From positions 160,001 to 224,000 of the forward strand of contig JAWLHJ010000005.1 in the NCBI GenBank assembly GCA_041690395.1: a DNA stretch of 64,000 nt. The letters run 5' to 3'. Position numbers and translations under genes: made by a program. Origin of the DNA: Longimicrobiales bacterium (GTDB lineage: Bacteria > Gemmatimonadota > Gemmatimonadetes > Longimicrobiales > Gaopeijiaceae). Below, in pieces: positions 11,634 through 21,414 of this stretch. The notes beneath the pieces are model-generated. The model searched no databases, was not told the DNA's origin, and worked only from the letters and a program-made list of their open reading frames with translations. The number at the start of each line of letters is the position of its first letter. The first letter of the stretch is position 1.

Positions 11634-12049
11634 GCGACGAGGCAGGCGTGGAGGAGCCGCGTTGGCTCACCGAGACCATACTCATGATGATCCACGCCCA
11701 GCAGGTAGAGCGGTACGGCGGGGCGCATGGTATTCTCGATCCGAATGTCGTGCGCTCCGCGCTTGCCCGGCCCATCAACCGGTGGGCCTATGACCAGGAT
11801 GCCGACCTCGCGGATCTGGCCGCTTCCTATCTCGTGGGATTCGCCCGCTCCCAAGGGTTCAACGATGGCAACAAGCGAACGGGCCTTGCGACAGCATTGG
11901 TCTTCCTGCGCCTGAACGGCCACGTGCTTCACGTGCCAGGTGAGGAACTGTATGCCCTTACCATGAAGGTGGCGAACAACGAGGCCGACGATGGGATCGT
12001 TGCGGCATACCTGCGATCGCGGATGAGCGGTCTGTCCAAGGGCGGCTGA
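11630..12049 (+). CDS. doc: Death-on-curing (Fic/Doc) family toxin with catalytic His replaced by Gln
   Basis: IHAQQVERYGG..G..D..SALARP; motif SQGFNDGNKRTG versus canonical HxFxDGNKR. Confidence 0.88.
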   Translation: MSDEAGVEEPRWLTETILMMIHAQQVERYGGAHGILDPNVVRSALARPINRWAYDQDADLADLAASYLVGFARSQGFNDGNKRTGLATALVFLRLNGHVLHVPGEELYALTMKVANNEADDGIVAAYLRSRMSGLSKGG

Positions 12050-12159
12050 GTGGATCACTTGTGATCGGTTGAACAGTTCATTGAAATGGCCTTTCGAGTG
12101 CGTGCCCGCGCGTGGCCCGTTCCTCATCCTACTCCGAGACCCTCGAAGGGATGGAGACC

Positions 12160-12603
12160 ATGATCGTTCTGCTGATGGCGCTCACGTTCGCGACGTCCGC
12201 GGTGGCACAGGAGCACCCCGACGTTGCCCCCGCGCTTGCCGCCATCGAGTTCGCCACGCGGGAGGTCCCCTCCGACGTCTCGTTGCTGGTCGAAGCGGGA
12301 AGCACACCTCCAGAGGCCTTGAACGGCGTCGCCGAGGCCCTCGACGCGTCCATCGTAGCGCTGGATTCTGTCGTCACGTGTCCGCCGCAAGCCCCCATCG
12401 ATCCGTGCCGGATCGCTCCGGGCGTGGCGCTCGTGGCGTTCAGGGCCCTGGAGCCGGAGGGTGATTCGCCACGATTCTCAGTGGGGCTCTGGCAGGACTA
12501 TCCCTCCCGCGAAGAGGTGCACCACAGCGTCGTTGGCGTCGCGATGGGCTATGGCCGTGAGGGGTGGGAGGTCACCGAGGTTCTCTTCAGGGCCGCGAAC
12601 TGA
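12160..12603 (+). CDS. Exported hypothetical protein
   Basis: Signal peptide ending AVA-Q; GGAG RBS; one Cys pair. Confidence 0.6.
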   Translation: MIVLLMALTFATSAVAQEHPDVAPALAAIEFATREVPSDVSLLVEAGSTPPEALNGVAEALDASIVALDSVVTCPPQAPIDPCRIAPGVALVAFRALEPEGDSPRFSVGLWQDYPSREEVHHSVVGVAMGYGREGWEVTEVLFRAAN

Positions 12604-12734
12604 GGGTCACGGACCTCCCGCGCGGGGCCGGGTAGGCGCGTCCGGCATCCTTGCCGCCGCTTCGTCCGCAGTCTACGGTACCGTCGCCGCGAACCCCTCG
12701 GCGGCGCCCAGCTCTCACGCTCCCGGAGGAATCC

Positions 12735-14636
12735 ATGCGCTCTCTCACCTGTGCGCTCCTTCTCGCGACGCTGGTCCAGGCCGACCAGGCCGCTGCCCAG
12801 ATCGTGCCGGAGCGGGTCGAGGCCCGGGTGGGCGACACCACGGCCCTATCTGTCCGACAGCCGGCCGGCGACGACCTGCCGGTGCGGTGGATCTCCGCCA
12901 CCCCGGAGCTGGCCACCGTGGACCAGACCGGTCGGGTGGCGGCGTTGAACCCGGGAACGGCCCGCATCACCGCGGTGGTGGGCAGCACGCCGGTGGAGGC
13001 CACCGTGCTCATCCGGGCCCTTCCGGCCGCTTCCCTGGAGGCCAGTCTCCCCGAAACCGCTCCGTACGCCGGACAGGCCGTCCCGCTCCGGGTCACGGCG
13101 CTGGATCGCCTGGGGCGCGTGGTGGAGGGCACCGAGCTCCGCTATGCATCGGAGGACCCCTCGGTAGCCGCCGTGGATCCGGGTGGGCTCGTTTTCGCTC
13201 GCAGCGCCGGCAACACCTGGGTCACGGCAACGTCCGCCGACGGTGCAGCGTCCACGCGGGTGCGGCTGGAGGTGCGGCCCGCCACCGATCTGGAGTTCTC
13301 CATCACCCCCGAGGAGACCCGGGTCCGAACCGGCGACGTGGTTCGGTTGCGGGCCTCCGTACGGGTCGCGGGCTCGGCCGATGCGGCGGAGGCGCACCCG
13401 GCCTGGTCGGTCTCGGGCGTGGGGGCCCAGGTGGAGGACGAGGCCGGCGAGGGCATCTTCGTGGCCGAGGAGCCGGGCACCTACCGGGTGACGGCGCTCC
13501 TGGGCGAAGAGGCGGCGGTGAGCTCGGTCATCCGAGTGGAGCCCCGGGGGCTCGAAGCCGAGCTGGTCCGGGTGGGACGGGGCGCCATCGCCGACCACCA
13601 TTCGGGCGACGTCTGGGTCTTCGAGGGGGTCGATGGGCGCGACTACGCCTACATCGGGACCTTCTTCCACGACTGGATGAAGGTCTGGGACGTGACGGAT
13701 CCCGGGAATCCGGTCCTCACCGACTCGCTCCAGATGGACGCGCGCCGGATCAACGACGTGAAGATCCACCCGAACAACCGGGTGGGAATCGTCACCCGGG
13801 AGGGCGCGTCGGACCGACGCAACGGGATCGTCCTTCTGGACCTGTCGACGCCGGCCCACCCGACCGTGCTCTCCGAATACACCGAAACCGTCACAGGCGG
13901 GGTGCACAACGTATGGATCCGGGGCGACCTCGACCTGGTCTACGCGGTCCACAACGGAACGCGCGCCGTGCACATCCTGGATATCTCCGATCCGCGCAAC
14001 GTGCGTGAGGTCGGGCGATGGGCGGTGGACAACGAGCAGCGCTCGCTTCATGACGTCATCGTCCAGGACGGCTACGCCTACGTCTCCTACTGGGACGACG
14101 GTGCGGTGACCCTGGACGTGGGCGCCGGAACCCACGGCGGCACCCCCACGGAGCCCGTCTTCGTGAGCGCCTATTCGTACCCGATCGGGAACACCCACGT
14201 GGCCTGGCGCCACGGCAAGTACCTCTTCGTGGGCGACGAGATCTTCCCGGGAGACTGGGATCCGGAGGCGCCCATCGAGGCCCGGGGCTACATCCACGTC
14301 CTGGACATGAGCGACATGGACAACCCGGTGGAGGTGGCGCGCTACGAGGTCCCCGAGGCCGGAGCCCACAACGTCTGGGCCGAGGGCGACCGCCTCTACG
14401 TGGGATACTACCAGGGCGGTCTCAGGGTGCTGGACATCTCCGGCGAGCTCCGCGGCGACCTCTACGCCCAGGGCCGGGAGCTGGCCGTCCTGAAGACGGG
14501 TGCCCCGGACGCCGCGGTCCCCAACTGGTCCATGACATGGGGGGCCCAGATCCACAAGGGCCGCATCTACACTTCGGACCTCAATTCGGGGCTCTGGATC
14601 GCCGAGCTGAAGGAGACGGGGCGGCCGGTGAGCTGA
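12735..14636 (+). CDS. Exported protein with Ig-like (Big_2) repeats and an LVIVD-repeat beta-propeller
   Basis: Signal peptide; ATVDQTGRVAA..PGTARITA Ig repeats; repeated DVTDPGNP, DISDP, HNVW, YAYV motifs. Confidence 0.85.
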   Translation: MRSLTCALLLATLVQADQAAAQIVPERVEARVGDTTALSVRQPAGDDLPVRWISATPELATVDQTGRVAALNPGTARITAVVGSTPVEATVLIRALPAASLEASLPETAPYAGQAVPLRVTALDRLGRVVEGTELRYASEDPSVAAVDPGGLVFARSAGNTWVTATSADGAASTRVRLEVRPATDLEFSITPEETRVRTGDVVRLRASVRVAGSADAAEAHPAWSVSGVGAQVEDEAGEGIFVAEEPGTYRVTALLGEEAAVSSVIRVEPRGLEAELVRVGRGAIADHHSGDVWVFEGVDGRDYAYIGTFFHDWMKVWDVTDPGNPVLTDSLQMDARRINDVKIHPNNRVGIVTREGASDRRNGIVLLDLSTPAHPTVLSEYTETVTGGVHNVWIRGDLDLVYAVHNGTRAVHILDISDPRNVREVGRWAVDNEQRSLHDVIVQDGYAYVSYWDDGAVTLDVGAGTHGGTPTEPVFVSAYSYPIGNTHVAWRHGKYLFVGDEIFPGDWDPEAPIEARGYIHVLDMSDMDNPVEVARYEVPEAGAHNVWAEGDRLYVGYYQGGLRVLDISGELRGDLYAQGRELAVLKTGAPDAAVPNWSMTWGAQIHKGRIYTSDLNSGLWIAELKETGRPVS

Positions 14637-14763
14637 AGAGCGGGCGGTGGGCACCGGTCGGCCCGCGATGCACCGAGGCCGACCGCGCCGTAGTTTCCCG
14701 GAATGTCCGCGACGCGCCCGCGCGGTACGGGTTTCGGGCCAACGGCGAAAGGGAGTCCCGTTC

Positions 14764-16875
14764 ATGAGCGTCCGCACCTTCTCCATGGTCGCATCGGTAT
14801 CCCTCACCATGTCCCTCACCTCGTGCGGGACGGGTGACGGGGGTGGAGGGGATGGCATCGTGGTGGACGACGACGATATCGGCGGCGTCGTAACCAGCGC
14901 CGACGGGCCCGAGGCCGGCGTTTGGGTCATCGCGGAGACCGACGACCTCGGCACGCGCTTCGCCCGCATCGTGGTGACGGACGACGAGGGCCGGTATCTG
15001 GTCCCCGACCTGCCCGAGGCCAGCTACCGGGTGTGGGTGCGAGGCTACGGGCTGGTGGACTCGGAGCCGGAGCCCGCCGAGCGTGGGGCGCTCCGGGACC
15101 TGACGGCCACGGTGGCGCCGGACGCCGCCGCCGCCGCGGAGGTGTACCCGGCGGCCTACTGGTACGCCATGATGGACCTTCCCACGGAGGAAGAGGTCGC
15201 CGGCTTCGAGGGCGGGATGAACGAGTACCTTACGTGGGTGAAGAACATGGGGTGCATCGGTTGCCACCAGCTCGGCAACGAGTCGACCCGGACCATCCCC
15301 GAAGTGTTCGCCGACGCAGCGTCCTCGGAGGAGGCCTGGTGGCGCCGGATCTCGTCGGGGCAGGCCGGCGAGAACATGTACGGGCTGGCGAGCAGGTTCG
15401 ACGGACTTCCGGTCAAGTACATGGCGGAGTGGACGGACCGGATCGCAGCCGGCGAGCTCCCGGCCCATGTTCCCGAGCGGCCGTCGGGCCTCGAGCGCAA
15501 CGTCGTGGCCACCATCCGCGACTGGTCGAGCCCTCAGTTCTACATGCACGACCTTTCCGGCACGGACCGGCGCGACCCTACCGTGAACGGGTACGGCCCG
15601 CTCTACGGCGCGCCGGAGCTCAGCACGGACGAGATGCCGATCCTGGATCCCGTGGCGAACGAGGCGACCGCGTTCCACGTGCCGGTCCGCGACGAGGACA
15701 CGCCGACGACGAACGAAGTGCCGGCCATGGGACCGTCTGCCTACTGGGGGGAGGAGCGGATCTGGGACAGCCAGTCGAACATCCACAATCCCATGTTGGA
15801 CCAGGACGGGCGGGTGTGGCTCACGGCCCGGATCCGGGGCCCCGAGAATCCGGACTTCTGCCGGGAGGGCTCGAGCCACCCGTCGGCGGCTCTGTACCCC
15901 AAGGACCGAACGGGGCGCCACCTGGCCGTCTTCGACCCGGAAACGGAGGAGTACTCCTTCGTCGATACCTGCTACAGCACGCACCACCTCCAGTTCGCCT
16001 ACGGCGAGGACAACATCCTCTGGACCAGCGGCGGTGGGGACGTCGTGGGGTGGCTCGACACGGATCTCTTCCTGGAGACCGGCGACGCGGCGGCGGCCCA
16101 GGGGTGGGCGCCCCTCGTCCTGGACACGAACGGGAACGGTCGGCAGGATCCCTGGACCGAGCCCGGCGACCCGCTGGATCCCGCCCTCGACATGCGCGTA
16201 CCCAACGGTTTCTACGCCGTCATGCCCGAGCCCCGAGGCGACGCCGTCTGGGGGTCGAACGCGTTCCGCTATCCCGGATCCATCACGAGGCTGGTCCCCG
16301 GAGAGGACCCGCCGCGCACGTCCCTGGCGGAGGTCTACGAGCCGCCGCTCCCGGGCTTCGGCGTCCGGGGCGCGGACATCGACAAGGACGGCGTCGTGTG
16401 GACGTCGCTGGGGAGCGGCCACCTGGGCGCGTTCGACCGCCGCCGGTGCGAGGGCCCGCTGAACGGGCCAGAGGCCACCGGCGATCACTGCCCGGAGGGT
16501 TGGACCTTCCACGACTTGCCGGGCCCCGGGTTCGCCGACCTCCCGGAGTACAGCGTGGAGTCCAGCTACTACACCTGGGTGGACCAGCACAATTCCCTGG
16601 GGTTGGGCGAGGACGTGCCCATCGCCACCGGGAACCTCTTCGACGGCGTGCACGCCCTCGTGGGCGGCGACTTCGTCACCCTGCGGATCCCGTATCCACT
16701 GGGGTTCTATACCAAGGGGTTCGAGGGGCGCATCGACGATCCCGATGCCGGCTGGAAGGGGCGCGGGCTCTGGGTTCCGGAGGGGGGACGCACGCCCTGG
16801 CTCAAGGAGGACGGCCAGGGATCGAAGCCCATCGTCGTGCACTTCCAGGTGCGCCCGAATCCGCTGGCGCATTAG
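14764..16875 (+). CDS. Lipoprotein with carboxypeptidase-regulatory-like domain, one CxxCH heme motif and a propeller-like C-terminal region
   Basis: SLTSC lipobox-like; [34 protein letters not shown]; repeated D.DG.VW motifs. Confidence 0.8.
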   Translation: MSVRTFSMVASVSLTMSLTSCGTGDGGGGDGIVVDDDDIGGVVTSADGPEAGVWVIAETDDLGTRFARIVVTDDEGRYLVPDLPEASYRVWVRGYGLVDSEPEPAERGALRDLTATVAPDAAAAAEVYPAAYWYAMMDLPTEEEVAGFEGGMNEYLTWVKNMGCIGCHQLGNESTRTIPEVFADAASSEEAWWRRISSGQAGENMYGLASRFDGLPVKYMAEWTDRIAAGELPAHVPERPSGLERNVVATIRDWSSPQFYMHDLSGTDRRDPTVNGYGPLYGAPELSTDEMPILDPVANEATAFHVPVRDEDTPTTNEVPAMGPSAYWGEERIWDSQSNIHNPMLDQDGRVWLTARIRGPENPDFCREGSSHPSAALYPKDRTGRHLAVFDPETEEYSFVDTCYSTHHLQFAYGEDNILWTSGGGDVVGWLDTDLFLETGDAAAAQGWAPLVLDTNGNGRQDPWTEPGDPLDPALDMRVPNGFYAVMPEPRGDAVWGSNAFRYPGSITRLVPGEDPPRTSLAEVYEPPLPGFGVRGADIDKDGVVWTSLGSGHLGAFDRRRCEGPLNGPEATGDHCPEGWTFHDLPGPGFADLPEYSVESSYYTWVDQHNSLGLGEDVPIATGNLFDGVHALVGGDFVTLRIPYPLGFYTKGFEGRIDDPDAGWKGRGLWVPEGGRTPWLKEDGQGSKPIVVHFQVRPNPLAH

Positions 16876-16948
16876 GTGCGCCTTCGGTCTTCGCTCTTGT
16901 GCCGTTAACCTTCAGGGCTACGAATCCAAAGACAAGAGCGAACCAAGC

Positions 16949-17167
16949 ATGGCGAAAGAAGAACCGATCGAGCTCGAGGGCGTCGTGAACGAGGTCCTCC
17001 CCAACACCAAATTCCGCGTGGAGCTGGAGAACGGCCACAAGATCCTGGCCTACCTCTCCGGCAAGATGCGGAAGTTCTACATCCGCGTGCTCGAGGGCGA
17101 CCGCGTGAAGGTGGAGATGTCCCCTTACGACATGAGCCGGGGGCGGGTCACCTACCGCTACAAGTAG
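16949..17167 (+). CDS. infA: Translation initiation factor IF-1
   Basis: [52 protein letters not shown]; 72 aa. Confidence 0.97.
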   Translation: MAKEEPIELEGVVNEVLPNTKFRVELENGHKILAYLSGKMRKFYIRVLEGDRVKVEMSPYDMSRGRVTYRYK

Positions 17168-17212
17168 CGGCTCGAGGGGGGCGAGCGCGTTGCCCGAAGG
17201 GGCGCGCCTCCC

Positions 17213-17599
17213 CTACCGCTTTCGTCCCGTGGCCTGCGCGACCGCGTCCGCCATCTGCTCGAACTGAGCTCTCTGCGCCCGCAGACGGAAGTACAGGAAG
17301 AAGACCAAGCCCGCCGCCACGCCGGCGATCGCACCCGCGATCCATGTCCACATCCAGGCCAATACGGTCAGGACCGATAGGACGACGCCGGCGACGAAGG
17401 CCCCGGTAGTCCAGCGCGAGATCAGCTTCCGTGACTCCTCGGGCGTGCGCTCGGCGAAGAGCTCGACCATGCGCTCCTGCGCAGGGTTGAGGTCACCGAA
17501 CTGGTTCTTGGCGTGCGCTTTGCGGAGCCCCGGCGGCTCCTTCCCCGGGCGAAAGCCCTTCACCTGCTGCTGTGGTCCCTGTCCTCTGCGGCGGCCCAT
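17213..17599 (-). CDS. Hypothetical membrane protein (2 TM)
   Basis: GGAG RBS; two TM helices flanked by basic segments. Confidence 0.65.
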   Translation of the reverse strand: MGRRRGQGPQQQVKGFRPGKEPPGLRKAHAKNQFGDLNPAQERMVELFAERTPEESRKLISRWTTGAFVAGVVLSVLTVLAWMWTWIAGAIAGVAAGLVFFLYFRLRAQRAQFEQMADAVAQATGRKR

Positions 17600-17731
17600 T
17601 CCTGCTCCCGGATCGTACTGGCGTCGATCCTCGGTCGAGTGGCGTTCGTGCGGCTCTCCTACATTGCGACTCTCCTACATTAAGCGAGGGCCGGTCTGGT
17701 GGAAGGGCCAACCCACGGGGGAGCGTTGAGC

Positions 17732-17968
17732 CTATTGAAGCGCCTCGTGTAGATACGCTCGGGCCCGAGTCCATTCGCGCTCCACGGTTCGCGTGGACGC
17801 ACCCACCGCCTCCGCCGTGTCCGCCACGGACATCCCCCCGAAGAACCGGCACTCCACGATGCGCCCCATCCGGGCGTCGTGCCTCTCGAGTCCCCGGAGC
17901 GCCTCGTCGATGCTCAGCATTCGTGTCACCTCGGCCTCGACCACGGCTACGTCGTCCCTGAGCGGCGG
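17732..17968 (-). pseudogene. C-terminal (region 4) remnant of an ECF-type sigma factor (TIGR02999-like)
   Basis: IDEALRGL...IVECRFFGGMSVADTAEAVGASTRTVEREWTRARAYL; region 2 absent. Confidence 0.7.
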
Positions 17969-18242
17969 TCGGCGCCGGCGACACCGTGATCTCCACCGGA
18001 TCCCCGAGGCCGCCCGCCGGGACCGAGAGGCTCGCCTCACCGTCGTCCGTGGCGGCCGTTCCGAATTCGGGCGAGCCAGCCACCATGCGTCCTGAAAGCA
18101 AGGGATTCAACAGAGCCAGCTGGGCGCGCGCGGTTACCGGAGGAGTGGTTGCTCGACGCTACGTGTGCCGATACCTTCGGTCGTGACGAGTTGCCGGCCT
18201 CCTCCGACCTCCTGGACGGATGAGCTCAGACCAGACGCTTCG

Positions 18243-19052
18243 ATGATGAGTGTGCGCGGCCCCGGTGCATCGGCGGTGCGGGGAGTCACGGGGAGCGCGC
18301 TCGTCACAGTGCTCGCGCTCGCCGGAGCGCGGGCACCCGTCGGGGCACAAGTCTCGGTCATTCACGGTCGTGTGGACGACGCCATCTCCCGGATGCCCCT
18401 GGCCGATGCCACGGTGTTCTCGGCGGATTCCACATACGCTGCCGCAACCGACTCGACGGGTCTCTTCGTCATTCGGGTGCCGGACGGCGACTCTCTGGAG
18501 GTCCTGGTAGAAAGAGTCGGCTATCGAACGACGTGGTTCCGACTGCCCGAAGGGGCGGAAGAGCGGCGGTCGATCCTCCTGCTGGAGCCCGCACCCATCG
18601 AGCTGCAGGGCATCGACGTCGTCGGGGAGTCGGCGGTGACCGAGATGCTGGAGGGCCTGGAGAGGAGGCGGAACGCATTCCCCGGAGCAGTCGGCACTTT
18701 TGATCGGGCCCGCCTTGAGCGGCTCGCGCCGATCGGGAGCGTGTGGGACTTCCTGCGTCGCGAAGCCTCGTACGTATACCCATGCGGGTCGTCCCTGAGC
18801 GGCCTGTGCTCGCGTGAGAACCGGGGTCGCAGGAGCGTCCTGTTCGCTCCCTCCCAGGACCACGTCATCCTATGCCTCGATGGCCGCGATTCGTGGATCG
18901 ACGAAGTGGCGGGCATGGACATCGAGTCCGTGGCGCTCATCGAGATCTATCGCCACGGGAGAGGCGGGATTCGCGTCTACACCCCCGGGTACATCACGTC
19001 GCGTGCACGACGCGGGCACACCGTGGCCATGCCCCTCGAGTTCGGTTGCTGA
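18243..19052 (+). CDS. Exported protein with carboxypeptidase-regulatory-like domain and plug-like C-terminus
   Basis: Signal peptide; GRVDD..PLADATV..TDSTGLF..VERVGY; IESVALIEIYR..GGIRVYT. Confidence 0.7.
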   Translation: MMSVRGPGASAVRGVTGSALVTVLALAGARAPVGAQVSVIHGRVDDAISRMPLADATVFSADSTYAAATDSTGLFVIRVPDGDSLEVLVERVGYRTTWFRLPEGAEERRSILLLEPAPIELQGIDVVGESAVTEMLEGLERRRNAFPGAVGTFDRARLERLAPIGSVWDFLRREASYVYPCGSSLSGLCSRENRGRRSVLFAPSQDHVILCLDGRDSWIDEVAGMDIESVALIEIYRHGRGGIRVYTPGYITSRARRGHTVAMPLEFGC

Positions 19053-19188
19053 GCATGCGGGGGCCGAAGACGGGTAACCCCGTCGACATGGCCGCAACCG
19101 GAGTCGGCGCCCTGTGCGGCATCTCCCCGCATTCGGGCTACCTTGGAGGATTCGTGCTGCGGGTGGAATCATCCAAGGAGAGCGAGGC

Positions 19189-20526
19189 ATGACGTCGAAC
19201 CGTCGGTGGGCCACGGTGCGAAGGTGCGCCGTCGCGGTCTCATGGATTCTGCTTCTCGCAGGGTGGCCCGCGGCCGCGAGCCCACAGATCCTCACGGGCG
19301 CGCCCGACACCGCCGCCGCCCCGACCCAGGCCGTCGTCGCCCCGCCGGATTCGGTGCTCTCCGCCAGACTCCGGGCCGTGTACGGGAGCTTCGAGGAGTT
19401 CGAGGAGGTCACGTTCTCCGTGACCGAAGGAGTCGTGCGTCTCGCCGGAACCGTCGACAACCCGGACGTGCGTCGACGGCTCGAGGAGCTCAGCAACGAG
19501 ATCCAGGGGGTCGTCTACGTCGTCAGCGACGTGGAGACGGCCACGGACGTGGAGACCCGCCTCACACCGGCGGTGGCCCAGATCCAGGAGTACTGGGAAG
19601 CCCTCGTGGCCCAGCTCCCGGTAATGGCGGTGGCCCTCCTCGTCGTCATGCTCTTCTGGGGCGCCAGCTTCATGCTCGGCCGGTGGCGACGGCCCGCCAC
19701 CTGGACGGGGATCAACCCGCTTCTGTGGGGCTTCATCGGTCGCCTGGTGCGCGGGTTCATGGTGGCGGTTGGGCTGCTGCTCGCTTTCGACATCCTGGGA
19801 ATAACCAGCCTCATGGGTGCGGTCCTCGGCACCGCGGGCATCGTCGGCCTCGCCATCGGCTTCGCCTTTCAGGACATCGTCGAGAACTATCTGGCGGGTA
19901 TGCTGCTCAGCTTGCGGCGCCCCTTCTCGGTGAACGACCTCGTCCGGGTGGGCGAGTTCGAGGGCCGTATCGTTCGGCTCACCTCACGGGAGCTCGTCCT
20001 CCTCACTCCGGAAGGGAATCATGTGAGGCTGCCCAACGCACACGTCTTCAAGAACCCGCTCACGAACTTCACCATCAATCCGCGCCGCCTGTTCCAGTTC
20101 GAGGTCGGGATCTCCGTGGACGAGGAGCTTCAGCGGGCGCTCGCCGTCGGCGTCGGAACACTGAAGGCCATGGCCGGAGTGATGGAAGATCCCGGACCCT
20201 TCGGTCGGGTGATGGCGTTAGGTGAATCCACGGTAGCCGTCCGCTTCCACGGCTGGGTCGACCAGCGCGCCACGGATTTCCTGAAAGTACGGAGCGAGGC
20301 GATCCGCCTGGTGAAGGCCGCTCTGGACGCCGAAGGCATCGTGATGCCCGAGCCCACCTACCGCGTGCTGACACGGGCGCTGCCGGAGAAGAAGGCGACG
20401 GTCACCGCGCTCCCCAGCGACGTGGAGAGCGAGGCGGCCCTCATCGACGTGAAGCCGGATCACGAGCTCGAGAAGCAGGTGCTCGACGAGCTGAAGGAAT
20501 CGGGGGACGAGAACCTGTTGCCGTGA
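19189..20526 (+). CDS. Mechanosensitive channel MscS family protein with N-terminal BON domain
   Basis: BON-like VTEGVVRLAGTV; GLAIGFAFQDIVENYLAG; RPFSVNDLV; LPNA. Confidence 0.88.
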   Translation: MTSNRRWATVRRCAVAVSWILLLAGWPAAASPQILTGAPDTAAAPTQAVVAPPDSVLSARLRAVYGSFEEFEEVTFSVTEGVVRLAGTVDNPDVRRRLEELSNEIQGVVYVVSDVETATDVETRLTPAVAQIQEYWEALVAQLPVMAVALLVVMLFWGASFMLGRWRRPATWTGINPLLWGFIGRLVRGFMVAVGLLLAFDILGITSLMGAVLGTAGIVGLAIGFAFQDIVENYLAGMLLSLRRPFSVNDLVRVGEFEGRIVRLTSRELVLLTPEGNHVRLPNAHVFKNPLTNFTINPRRLFQFEVGISVDEELQRALAVGVGTLKAMAGVMEDPGPFGRVMALGESTVAVRFHGWVDQRATDFLKVRSEAIRLVKAALDAEGIVMPEPTYRVLTRALPEKKATVTALPSDVESEAALIDVKPDHELEKQVLDELKESGDENLLP

Positions 20527-20571
20527 TGAAGTCGATTCCAGTGGGTCGCAGAACTGGCCCGTGGCCCGAAG

Positions 20572-21225
20572 CTAGCTTGGTGCTTTGGCGAAGCGCAGGT
20601 AGGGGAGCCTGATATCGATCTCGCCGAACCTGCTCTTCGCCTGCTCGTCGTCGAGGCTCAGCCCCACGATCACGTCCTGGCCCGGCACCCAGTCGGCGGG
20701 CGTGGATACGGGGACGCCGTCGGTCATCTGCACTGCATCGAGCGCACGCAGGATCTCTGCGAAGTTACGACCCACCGACATCGGATAGGCCATCATGAGC
20801 CGGATCTTCTTGTCCGGCCCGATGATGAATACCGTTCGCACGGTGGCGCTGTCGGCAGGGGTGCGGCCATCGGGCAGGTACGCATCGGCGGGTAGCATGT
20901 CGTAGAGCTTGGCGACTTGCAGTGAGGTGTCGTCGATGATCGGAAAGTCCGCGGGGGCACCGGCGAAGGCCTCGATGTCGCGCTTCCACTTGCGGTGCTC
21001 TTCGACGGTGTCGACCGACACGCCCATGACTCTGGTGTTGCGCTTGGCGAACTCGGGGGCGAGGCGGGCGACCGCTCCGAATTCAGTAGTGCAGACCGGC
21101 GTGAAGTCCTTTGGGTGCGAAAACAGGATGGCGTAGCTGTCGCCCATCCAGTCGTGGAAGGTAAGCTCGCCAGCGGTGGAGTCGGTCGTGAAGTCGGGGG
21201 CGACGTCGTTGATTCGTAGGGACAT
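20572..21225 (-). CDS. 1-Cys peroxiredoxin (Prx6 family)
   Basis: FSHPKDFTPVCTTE; TVRTVFIIGPDK; YPMSVGRNF. Confidence 0.93.
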   Translation of the reverse strand: MSLRINDVAPDFTTDSTAGELTFHDWMGDSYAILFSHPKDFTPVCTTEFGAVARLAPEFAKRNTRVMGVSVDTVEEHRKWKRDIEAFAGAPADFPIIDDTSLQVAKLYDMLPADAYLPDGRTPADSATVRTVFIIGPDKKIRLMMAYPMSVGRNFAEILRALDAVQMTDGVPVSTPADWVPGQDVIVGLSLDDEQAKSRFGEIDIRLPYLRFAKAPS

Positions 21226-21414
21226 GATGGTTCCTTCCTGGCTGGCGCAACGGGCTCGACCTTCCTCACGGTGACGATGGGAGGCACGAGCGGCTTGGCG
21301 CAAGGCATGCGTCGGCGATCCCGTCGCTTGCCCGAGGACCGGAGCACGCAGCGATCCGCGCGCGCCACTGAAGTGGGACTCAGCGTGTGTTTTGGTCAGT
21401 GGGAGCATGTGCTC

